From positions 17,298,001 through 17,362,000 of the forward strand of contig NC_043003.1 in NCBI RefSeq assembly GCF_006345805.1: 64,000 nt of DNA, given 5' to 3'. Each line of letters opens with the position of its first letter. Position 1 is the first letter of the stretch. This document shows positions 50,219-62,013 of the stretch, piece after piece. The notes under the pieces were generated by a model. It ran no database searches. It saw only the letters and a list, made by a program, of their open reading frames with translations, and was not told the origin of the DNA. A program made the position numbers and the translations under genes. The stretch comes from Octopus sinensis (Eukaryota).

Positions 50219-52823
50219 CATGCACACACACATTAGACTGCGGCCATGCTGGGGCACCGCCTTGAATTCTTTTTAGTTAAATGAATCAACACCAGTGCTT
50301 ACTTTTTTAAGCCTGGTACTTATTCTAGCAGTCCCTTTTACTGAACTGCTAAGTTAAAACAGGTAGAATATTTTGGTTGGATATGGCTGGTTTAAATGCT
50401 AAAAGGTTGAATATTGATTTAAAAGTTGTTCTGATATTATGTAATTTATGCAATCAACAATCTGCAAAAGTATGTTTCTAATCTGAAATTTTCCTTGTGT
50501 AAATTTATAAAATAACACTAATATCTTCTATATAAAAAAACAACAACACTAAATATTTGTTAAAACTATTGATCTTAAATTATAATATTACATTTTTATA
50601 ATTTTCTCAGGTGCTGCTGATAAACCTGGCAAGCCAGAAGTTGTAGATACTGATAGAGATTTCGTGAAATTGAAGTGGAAAGCCCCGAAGAAAGATGGTG
50701 GTGCCCCTATTGAGGGATACCTCATTCAAAAGAAACTGAAGGGCTCAGATGATTGGGAAGATGTAAGGACATTTCATGCATTATTATTTAACTTAAACAT
50801 TAAATCTAAAAAATGCATTTGTTGTAAATTATCAGAAATTATCAACGTTCTTCCAATAGATATGAACCTTATGCCCAACTTCTTTTCTCTTTGTGCCTTT
50901 AATCAGTAAATACTCATCATCATCATCCTTACCACCACCATCACCACTACTACCATCTACTCCATATCATTTCCCACCACCACCACCACTATTATTATCA
51001 TCATCACCATCATTTTACAGCCACATTTCTGGGCTGGAATGCTGTCACCACATGTGTGATCTTGCACACACACACACAGCACATGAAAACCAGTCACTTT
51101 TGGTTCTGTGTATCTCTTACAGTGTGAACCCCTGTGTTCAGTATTTTATTTATTTATGCGCCCTTTTTCAAGCCTAGCCAGGCTCATGGGCCTGATTTCC
51201 CAGTTTCTATGGTGTATGTTTTCCCCCCAGCTGAACGGGATGCCAGTCCATCGTAGCATTACCCAAGAAACAGGAAGAAAGAGTGAGAGAAAGTTGGGGC
51301 GAAAGAGTACAACAGGGGTCGCCACCACCCCCTGCTGGAGCCTCGTGGAGCTTTAGGTGTTTTCGCTCAATAAACACACACAACGCCCAGTTTGGGAGTC
51401 GAAACCGCGATCCTCTGACCACGAGTCTGCTGCCCTAACCACTGGGCCATTGCACCTCCACATGCTGTACATTAGATTATATAATATATATATTCATGTG
51501 TTTAACTTATACTATGTAACTTATCGACCATTTTGATGCTTCATAAATAATTTTGTATGGGAAAATGTAATATTTTTGTTTATGTATTATCGTTTTATTT
51601 GATATTAGGCCAAGGAAGTTCCAGCTGATGAAAAAGAAACCACCGTAAAAGGACTGAAAGAAAACAAGGAATATGATTTCCGTGTTATCGCTAAAAATAG
51701 AGCTGGTAATTCAATGCCTAGTGCTACCTCAGGACCAGTTCTTACAAGACCACGTAAAGTAAAACCAAGAATTGACACCAAGTCTTTAAGAGATGTCAAA
51801 ATTAAGAAAGATCAGACATTCTCATTGGAACCAGAATTTGTGGGAGAACCACCACCAACTGTTACTTGGGTTAAAAAAGGCTTGGTAAGTTGAATAATTT
51901 GTCCTGTTTAAAAATAGTTTGTCATTTAATTAGAAAAAATAAAAATAATAAAAATGAATTTTTTCTAAAAAATGTAACTTCACTAATTTTTGAATTAATA
52001 TGGAGCAAAGACAAAATATAGAGTTACTGATGGTAAGTGCAGGTATGGTTGTGTGGTTAACAAGAATGCTTTGCATCTATGTGGTTTGGGGTTTGGTCAC
52101 ACAGCACAGCAGCTTGGGCAAGTTTCTTCTTATATTTCCATGACCAACCAATGCCATGCAGAGGAATTTAGAAGACTGAAACTACAAGAAGCTTATTGTT
52201 GATATGTACAAACATACATACACATACATATATATATATATATAATATATATATATATATAATATATATATATATACATACACTCACATACACACACATA
52301 TACATGTGTGCATGCATGTGTGTGTGTCTTTGTATCTAGATTTTCCCTGCCACTGCTTGACAACAGGTGTTGGTGTGTTTACATCCCTGTAACTTAGTGG
52401 TTCAGCAAAGAAACCAATAGAATAAGTACCAGAGTTAAAAATAATAAGCACTGGAATCAATTTGTTTGCCTAAATCCTTCAAGGTGGTGCCCCAGCATGG
52501 CCATAGTCCAAAGACTAGGAGGAGTTAGAAAAAAGAATACATGTATGTATGTATATATATATATATATGCATGTATATATACATATAGATGTAAGTATGT
52601 ACATATATGTATGTATGTATGTATGCATATGTTTTATTTATTAATTTGTTACTATATATATATATATATATTAAAAAGCACCCACTACACTCTCTGAGTG
52701 GTTGGCATTAGGAAGGGCATCCAGTGGTAGAAACCTTGCCAGATCAGATTGGAGCCTGTCCTCGGTCAAACTGTCCAACTCATGCTAGCATGGAAAGCAG
52801 ACGTTAAACAATGATGATGACAA

Positions 52824-52867
<44 letters not shown>

Positions 52868-54002
52868 TATCATTTTATTTGATATTAGGCTATATTTGTA
52901 TGCACGTGTATATATGTGTGTGTGTGTGCAGATGTGTGTGTTTAAATTTCATGCTGTCAGCACTTGAACAAATTGATGTAGATAGCAACATTAGGTGTTG
53001 ACCTCATGCCTGGTTGCTCAGCACTTTTTAGGGCCTGTGAAATAAAGAAACTCCTTACTTGAAAAACAGATAAAGGCTGTAAAATCCTGCTTCATAAAAA
53101 TTTCCATTCAAACCTTGAATAAGCAAGGAAACCATGTATGTTAAAACTAATCAATTAATTACATTAATAAATAAATAAATAAATATATATATATATGCTT
53201 TTATTATTTAATTACAGGATGGCAAGACTGTTTCAGTTGAGTCAACCAGCATTATTACTATTGAGAACAAAGAGAAACGTTCAACTCTTTCATGCAAAAA
53301 AGGTGTACGTAACGATACTGGTGAATACACCATCACAATTGAAAATGAACATGGATCAGATTCAGCAACTGTCAATGTTATTGTGTTGAGTAAGTAAAAC
53401 GTATTTTCATTGGATTTTAATAACAACAACAAACAACAACAACAAATGCCCTGATGCAGTACCAGGCAGTGGCTCTCGTGGCTTCTGATCTTAACTGATT
53501 GGAAGTGTTATCATGTACATTGTTTTGTCTTGGTATAAAAGATGGGCTACAGCAAATATTCTGCTCAATACCACAGATTTGCTAGTCAGTTGTTTGACCT
53601 TAACCAGCTGAGCATGTCCCTTAGTGGCTGACGATATGTGCATCTCTGATCACAAGCAGAAGTAGCGGGGGAGCATCATAGCCATGTGTTGAGAGGGATT
53701 CTTTGGGTCTTGAATAATTCACCTCTGGGAACATGGGTGTTTCATTCAACATCTTTAAACAATCCTTATTCAGGGACCTTTTGATCAGGATGGGTTACTT
53801 GACCAGAAGAAAATTCTAACTGGGCCCCCACCTGCAAAGTCATGTGCTGTTTATCTTGATATAAGATCACCATGTCGTGCACAAATAGTTGTGATGAATG
53901 TGCCTAGTGTACCTATATCAGATGGGTAGTCATGATGGGTATACTGGGCTTCGTATATTTTACCCCAGTGTCACTTTGATGGCATGCACTGCTCTCTCAC
54001 TC

Positions 54003-54033
<31 letters not shown>

Positions 54034-54397
54034 CAATGTATCAATACCAACAGATGACAACGTGTCTCTAAAAGAAACAGAAAAACTTTCAAAATACAAA
54101 GATCTGGAAATAGAGGTGACTCGAATGTGGAATCTAAAAACAGAAACAATTCCTATCATAGTAGGCGCATTAGGTATGATAAAAAAATATTCAGACAAAT
54201 ACATAACAAAAACACCAGGACTAACAACTATATATAACATACAGAAAGTAGCACTACTATGTTTTGCACACATCCTACGCAAAACACTTTCAATACAATG
54301 AAAATAAGAGCATCACAACAAACCACATACTGGGCTCAATCTAATCGACTGGCCCCCTCCTTCTAAAATTTCAGGCCTTGTGCCTATTGTAGAAAGG

Positions 54398-54435
<38 letters not shown>

Positions 54436-56559
54436 CATTATTATTATTATTATCATTATTATTTTTAGCAGGGTTATATTGTACAGAAGGAGACCAGAAT
54501 TTGAAAGATTCTGTTAAAATTTGTAATATTTCAGTTTTAAGAGTTTTAAAAGAATAAGGCGTCTTCAAGTTAACAATGTTTTTCTTAGGATGTGGATTGT
54601 ACCCATAAGAACAATTTCATGCTGTTCTGACACCTTGGAGTTTCCTGGTATTTGGCCTTACTATTCAAGAGTACCATTTGGAATTGTTCCTACAGCTGTG
54701 ATGATCACAGATATAGTTGTTTTTAGACGCCATATTTTTTATACCTCTTTTTCAAATTCCTTATATTTACTTAACTTTTCAAATGTTTATACAGAAGTGT
54801 TGCAATTTGCTGGCATTGACAGATCTATGAGTAAACATGTTTTGTTAATGCTATTTTTTACAATAGCATCTGGTCTCTTGGCCTGTATAGGACAGTCAGT
54901 TCGAATTTATTATTATTATTACTACAATGGTGGTGATGATGTTAATTACAGTGACAATTATTGCTAATTTTAGGCGGACCAGCTCGGCCAGAAGGCCCTC
55001 TGGAAGTGAGCAACATTACAAAAGACAGTGCAACACTGACTTGGAAAGCTCCAGTAGATAAAGGTGGAAGTGACATTACGTAAGTATTTCTACAAAAAAC
55101 TTCTTATATTTATAGCGCGGAAAACGGACGTTAAACGATGATGATGATGATGATGATGATGTATGTGAAGGCACATGGCTCAATGGTTGGAGAGTCGAGC
55201 TCACAATCATTGGGTAGTAAGTCTGATTCATGGACCAGGCTAGGTGTTGTGTTCTTGAGCCAAACACTTTATTTCATGTTGCTCCAGTTCACTCATCTGT
55301 AAAAATGAGTTGCGATGTTACTGGTGCCAAGCTGCATCAGCCTTTGCCTTTCCTTTGGATAATATCAATGGTGTGAAGAGGGGAGGCTGGTATGCATGGG
55401 TAAAGGCAGCAAGCTGGCAGAAACGTTAGCACGCCGGGCAAAATGCTTAGCGGTATTTCGTCTGCCGTTATGTTCGGAGTTCAAATTCTGCCGAGGTCGA
55501 CTTTGCCTTTCATCCATTTGGGGGTTGATTAAATAAGTACCAGTTATATACTGGGGTCGATATAATCGACTTAATCCGTTTGTCTGTCCTTGTTTGTCCT
55601 CTCTGTGTTTAGCCCCTTGAGGGTAGTAAAGAAATAGGTATGCATGGGTGACTGCTGGTCTTCCACAATCAACCCTGCCCAGATTTGTGCCTTGGAAGAG
55701 AATTTTCTAGGTGAAATCCCATGGTCATTCATGACCAAAAGGGGTCATTACCCGATGTATTTATTATGGAATTGTGTCATATGTATTATATATTTTGCAA
55801 TGTATGTATTACATCACATTTATTGAGAAGTTTTAATGAAAATAATATTTATTGCAGCGGTTATGTTGTTGAGAAATTTGATCCTACCAAAGGAAAATGG
55901 GAGAAAGTAAGCAATGCCGTTAGTGGAACTAAAGTAACTGTACCTAAACTTCAAGATGGTCATGAATATAAATTCCGTGTTATGGCTGAAAATGTCCATG
56001 GCCTGAGTGAACCTTTAGAGACAGATAAAAGCATTATTGCCAAGAATCCCTTCAGTAAGCATGATACCATTGCATTTTATTTCTTTGTTCTAATTAAGTA
56101 ATAATGTTTGTTCAATAAATATACTATGATCTTTTATAATGTGGTTTTGTGTGGTAAAGAAGATTGGTTTCCAAACCGTGTGTGTTCAGGTTCAGTCCCA
56201 GTGTGTGGAACACTGCGCAAGCGTCATCTACTCTAGCCCCAGGCTGACCAATGTCTTGCGAGTGAATTTGGTAGAAGCCCATTGTGTGTGTACGTGTACG
56301 TGTGTGTGCATGTGTGTTTTGTATGTGTTTACCCCCACTCAACAGATATCACTTGACGACATTATTGGTTTGTTTATGGCCCAGTGAGATAGCACATAGC
56401 AGTTCAACAAAAATGACTGATACAATAAGTATCTATCTTAAAAACACATTCCTTAAAAAGCCTAACATATATGATGTGTGTGTGTGCATGTGTGTATAAG
56501 AGAGAGAGAGAGTGTGTGTGTTTGAGAGAGGGTGTGTGTGTGTGAGAGAGTGAGAGAGA

Positions 56560-56596
<37 letters not shown>

Positions 56597-59500
56597 TGTG
56601 TGTGTTTGAGAGAGGGTGTGTGTGTGTGAGAGAGTGAGAGAGAGAGGGAGAGAGAGAGAGTGTGTGTGTTTGAGAGAGGGTGTGTGTGTGTGAGAGAGTG
56701 AGAGAGAGAGGGAGAGAGAGAGAGAGAGTGTGTGTGTTTGAGAGAGGGTGTGTGTGTGTGAGAGAGTGAGAGAGAGAGAGAGAGGAGAGAGAATGTGTGT
56801 GTGTGTGTGAGAGAGAAAGAGAGAGAGTGTTTATCCTTCTCCTCTGCTTGACAACCAGCACATGTTAAATTCAAATAGCTATAAATTTTGTAAGTGGAAA
56901 TAGTGAACCATTCAGATTTTATTACGAATGATTTATTTAAAGGATTATTTTCAAAACAGTATTCAAGTACAACATCGATTTTCTGAACCCTTTGGTTCTA
57001 AAATCTTTTCAGATTAGGGACTTTTCTGAACCAGGTGTGGTCACTTTGGTCAACGCAATGTAAATTGAACAAATAACAAATTTACTTAAATAATTAAGTG
57101 AAATATAGACACCTGTACATTTGTGTAAAATGAGTTTATTAATACTGTGCTGTGTGAAGGTGCATGGCTTAGTGGTTAGGGTGTCAGCACCATGATCGTA
57201 AGATTGTGGTTTCGATTCCTGGACCGGGCAACACATTGTGTTCTTGAGCAAAACACTTCATTTCACATTGCTCCAGTTCACTCAGCTGGCAAAAATGAGT
57301 AACGCTGCGATGGACTGGCATCCCGTCCAGCTGGGGAACACGTACAACATTGAAACCAGGAAACCGGGCCCCTGAGCCTGGCTAGGCTTTAAAAGGGCAC
57401 ATTTATTTTTTATTAATACTGTACTGTGCGAGATACCATTAAACTAATCTGATGGTCACAGGAATTTGAAGTTCCTTCTCATAAATTAGTGTTGATTATA
57501 AGCGGTTCCCAACCATTGGTGCCTGGAAAATTGGTGTTGTACTTGTATTGTTGTTGTTGGCATCTTTTTTTGTCTCGGGAGTCAATGGAGTTGTGCATAA
57601 AATAATCTAGTCTAGCTTTTACATTTCATGTCCTAATACATCTCCTGCTGTGGCTGTGTAGTCCTATCTTGGACAAACACTCCCTCTGGCAGGTGCCGCA
57701 AATGTAGTGAAGACTTTGCCTGGCTGGTTGTAATGTCATAGTTTCTTGTTGACATCTTTTCTTATTTTTCCATTACTCCTCTCTCTCTATGTTGCTCTTT
57801 GTGTTCCCTCTTGTATTATTTCCATATAATCAAATCAACAATTTTCTAATTGAACTATTAAACATATTTCAGATGAACCACATCCTCCAAGCCAACCAAC
57901 AATTGTGGATCATGATAGGACTCACATTGACCTTAAATGGGATAAACCAGAAAACGATGGTGGTGCACCAATTACTGGTTATGATATTGAAAGGAAAGAA
58001 ACTAAAAGCAACCGTTGGGTTAAAGTCAACCGCAGCCCAGTTTCTGTAAGTATAAGTTCATGTGTGTGCATTGTTAATTTATTTCATTTTTTCATTCCTC
58101 ACATATTAGAATATGTAAAAAAAAAAAGAAGAAATAAGTGGAAATTTTACCGATGAGTGTGTTACGTAATAAGGCACAAAAAGAAAATGACTCTCCCAGA
58201 CACAACAGAATATGCTTCAACACACAAACTCATATAAAGAATCTTGCAAACCAAATCCAAAAACGAAATACAATATTTAAGTATTTCTTTTACTACCTAC
58301 ATGTGGTCTAATGTTTTGGGTGTTGCCTTCATAATGCAAACATTGGTTTATGTAATGAAGAGAGTGCTCTCTCTCTCTCTCTCTCTCTCTGTATATATAT
58401 ATATATATATATATATAAATATGTCCCAAATAAGAGAATGGAGTAGATAAAATCCAATCTACATATGTTTCATAGCTGGTGTAACCTCGGAAGTAGTAAT
58501 TATCCAAACAAGGGGTAGACCGCAAGCTACTCTTCAAGCCAAGGATATCTTGATTACATTAAGTTTACATTGTCGTTAAGAGATCCCATATCAACTTTCA
58601 GGGGATTCAATCCAAATGCATATAAATAGTGTGTGGATATATATGTATGTGGCTCAGTGGTTAGAGCGTCAAGCTTATGATCACGAGGTTGTGAGTTCAA
58701 ATCCCGGACCGGGCTGCATGTTATGTTCTTGAGCAAGACACTTTATTTCACGTTGTTCCAGTTCACTCAGCTGTAGAAATGAGTTGCGATGTCACAGATG
58801 CCAAGTTGTATTGACCTTTGCCTTTCCTTTATTACTCTACTTTGGTATTTGAGCACTATTTTTCCCTTTTTTATTTTGCATCTATGTGCTTACTTGGGTG
58901 TGTGTATGTGTAATATGCTTGTCAAATTGTTATACATTAACATTCAATCACTTATTTATTTGTATTTCTTTACTTTTTGAAGGAAACTAACTTCACTGAT
59001 GATAAGGTAGTTGAAGGAAAAGAATATGAGTACAGAGTCAAGGCAGTAAACAAAGCAGGAGAATCAGACCCAAGCCTCGTTTCTAAACCAGTTACTGCAA
59101 AACCATCCAAAGGTGATTAGATATTTATTACAAAATTCTATATTTTTTTCTTTTAAATGCAATCAGAGAAAATATTTACATTAAAAAGAAAAAGAATGAA
59201 AATATATATATAGGCAGAGTGGCTGTGTGGTAAGAAGGCAGCAAGCTGGCAGAAATGTTAGTCCACTGGGTGAAATGCTTTGCGATATTTCGTCTGCTGC
59301 TATGTTCTGAGTTCAAATTCCACTGAGGTCGACTTTGCCTTTCATCCTTTCGGGGTTGATTAAATAAGTACCAGTTATGCACTGGGGTTGATATAATCAA
59401 CTTAATCTGTTTGTCTGTCTTTGTTTGTCCCCTCTGTGTTTAGCCTCTTGTGGGCAATAAAGAAATAAGAAGCTTGCTTTCCAACCACATTGTTGAATAA

Positions 59501-61976
59501 ACTACGTTTGAGAAGACCTGTTAAGTCAAGTGAAATTATTGTCGTGGCTGATGTCAAGTTCCGCGTGACTGGCACCTGTGCTGGTGGGACATAAAACGCA
59601 CCATTTGAGCATGGTCAATGCCAGTCCCTCCGGACTGGCTCCTGTGCTGGTGGAATGTAAAATGCACCATACAAACATGGTTGATGCCAGTGCTGCCTGA
59701 CTGGCTCCCATGGCGGTGGCACATAAAAAGCACCATTTGAACATGCTCGTTGCCTGTGCCGCCAGACTGGCTTCCATGTCGGTGGCATAAAAAGCACCAT
59801 TCAACTGTGGTCGATGCCAGTACCACCTGACTGGCCCTTGTGCCAGTGGCATGTAAAAAGCATCTACTACATTTTCAGAGTGGTTGGCATTAGGATTGGC
59901 ATCCAGCTGTAGAAACCTTGCCAGATCAGATTGGAGCCTGGTGCAGCCTACTGGCTTGCCAGTCCTCAGTCAAACTGTCCAACCCATGCCAGCATGGAAA
60001 GAAGACGTTAAACGATGATGATGGTTCTGGATTTAATCCCACTGTGTGGCACTTTGGACAAGTGTCTTCTACTATAGCTTTGAACCAACCAAAGCCTTGT
60101 GAGTGGATTTGGTAGGCAGAAATTGAAAGAAGCCCATAATATGTGTGCGTGTGTATGTGTGTGCATATATGTGTGTGTATGTGGGTGAGTGTTTTTGTGT
60201 CTGTGTTTGTCTTCCCACTAACTTTTGACAACCGGTATCAGTGTGTTTGTGTCCCAGTAACTTAGCTGTTTGGCAAAAGACACTGATAGAATAAATACCA
60301 GGCTTATAATAATAATAAGTACCGGGCTTGATTCATTCAACTAAAATTCTTCAAGGCAGTGCTCCAGCATGGCCACAGTCCAAAAACTGAAACAAGAAGA
60401 AAAAAAGAAAAGAAAATATCTTTGCTGCTTCTATTTAGATAGTTATTCTACAAATGAAATCCTCAGCTAAAATATAATTTCTATTATTATTTCAGAGAAA
60501 CCAAAAGTAAATCTTGATAACTTATTTGGTGCTCGAGAGATTCGTGTCAGAGCTGGAGAGCCTCTTACAATTCCTCTGGGTATTTCGGGTGCTCCAACTC
60601 CTACAGTTATTTGGCAAAAGAATGGCAAACCTGTAGGCCCTCGTGTAAGTATATACGTCACTAATACTCTATGTATCTTAATACTCAATACATCTAAATA
60701 TACAAGGGAGTGCTGAAAAGTTCCTGGCTTTAAGGGAATCATGAAAGCCCTGTCTGGAGGCCCAATCTTCTGAGTCCTTTTATAGGGCTTAGAAAAACTT
60801 AAGGACACTCGATTTCATGTGGTTCCTTACATATTCATTCTTCTACCGAACGATATCTAAAAGCTAAGATTTTTCTCTCATTTTTCTTTCGTCCCCTTGC
60901 ACTTCATTCACCACTAATACCTAAAATGTATTATTCACTAACAGCTCGTGTTTTTTCATTGAAAATGTCCCCTCAATATAATTTTAATTTTAGCCCTATT
61001 TCGTAATTTTGTTAAGATAATTATTCGTTTCTAATTATTTGTTTATCCTTGTTTTTCAATTCACATTCATTCTTATCCCCATAAAACTTCGCTTCCTTAG
61101 TTCTTCTCTTTCCTAGTTCCATATTTCATCTCGCTTGCTCACTGCAATAAGTGTGTGAATCTGAGAGGGGAATATGTTGAATAAAATCATCTTATTTTCT
61201 TGTATTTCCTTTTATTCAAAACCAGGAACTTTTCAGCACCCCTTCATATACATCTCTTATACTCCACTACTTTCAGTCAGAATAAAATTAAATAAAATTT
61301 ATTCCATGACTAAGTGTATGTATATTTTCATGTTAGTATACCTGCTAAGATTTATGCTACAATAATATAATGCAACATATTTACTTCAGGCTGAAACAAC
61401 CAGCAGTGAAACTGATGCTAAGCTCTATGTCCCATGTGCTGAAAGGGGAGATAGTGGCAAATATACAGTTAATATCAGCAACGCATTAGGAACTGACACA
61501 GCTGACATTCAAGTCGTTGTCTTGGGTAAGATTGAAATAATATTGTTTGACTCTTTTTAGAACTTTGCAATAAGTAAGCAACAGTAAAACAAAAAAAAAA
61601 TCAAAAATTAAATGTTTTCTACCTTATTCGTTTATATGTTGAATAAATAGTTAAAGAGCTGAGTTGTTTAGGACCAACTTTGGCATACATAGAAACATCT
61701 TCAGAATGTTAATCAAATAATCAAATTGGCAAATTATTCTTGTACAATTTTAAAATACACTGTAATATGAAGAATACATTTGGGTAGAGTTTAGAAAATG
61801 AACAAAGTTTAACGAAGGCTTATGTGAACAGTATAATTAATCAAAGGATTTTTCTTCATTTAGATAAACCTGGAATTCCTGGAGAACCTATGGAAATCAA
61901 AGATGTCACAGCTGATTCTTGTAAGGTGTCTTGGAATCCACCAGCAGATTTGGGTGGCGTTGATGTATCAGGTATG

Positions 61977-62013
<37 letters not shown>

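Noticed and set aside
59570-59850. Regularly spaced ~65-nt repeats superficially like a CRISPR array
   Set aside because: Degenerate full-length tandem units with no unique spacers, inside a LINE 3' UTR in a eukaryotic intron; no cas genes.
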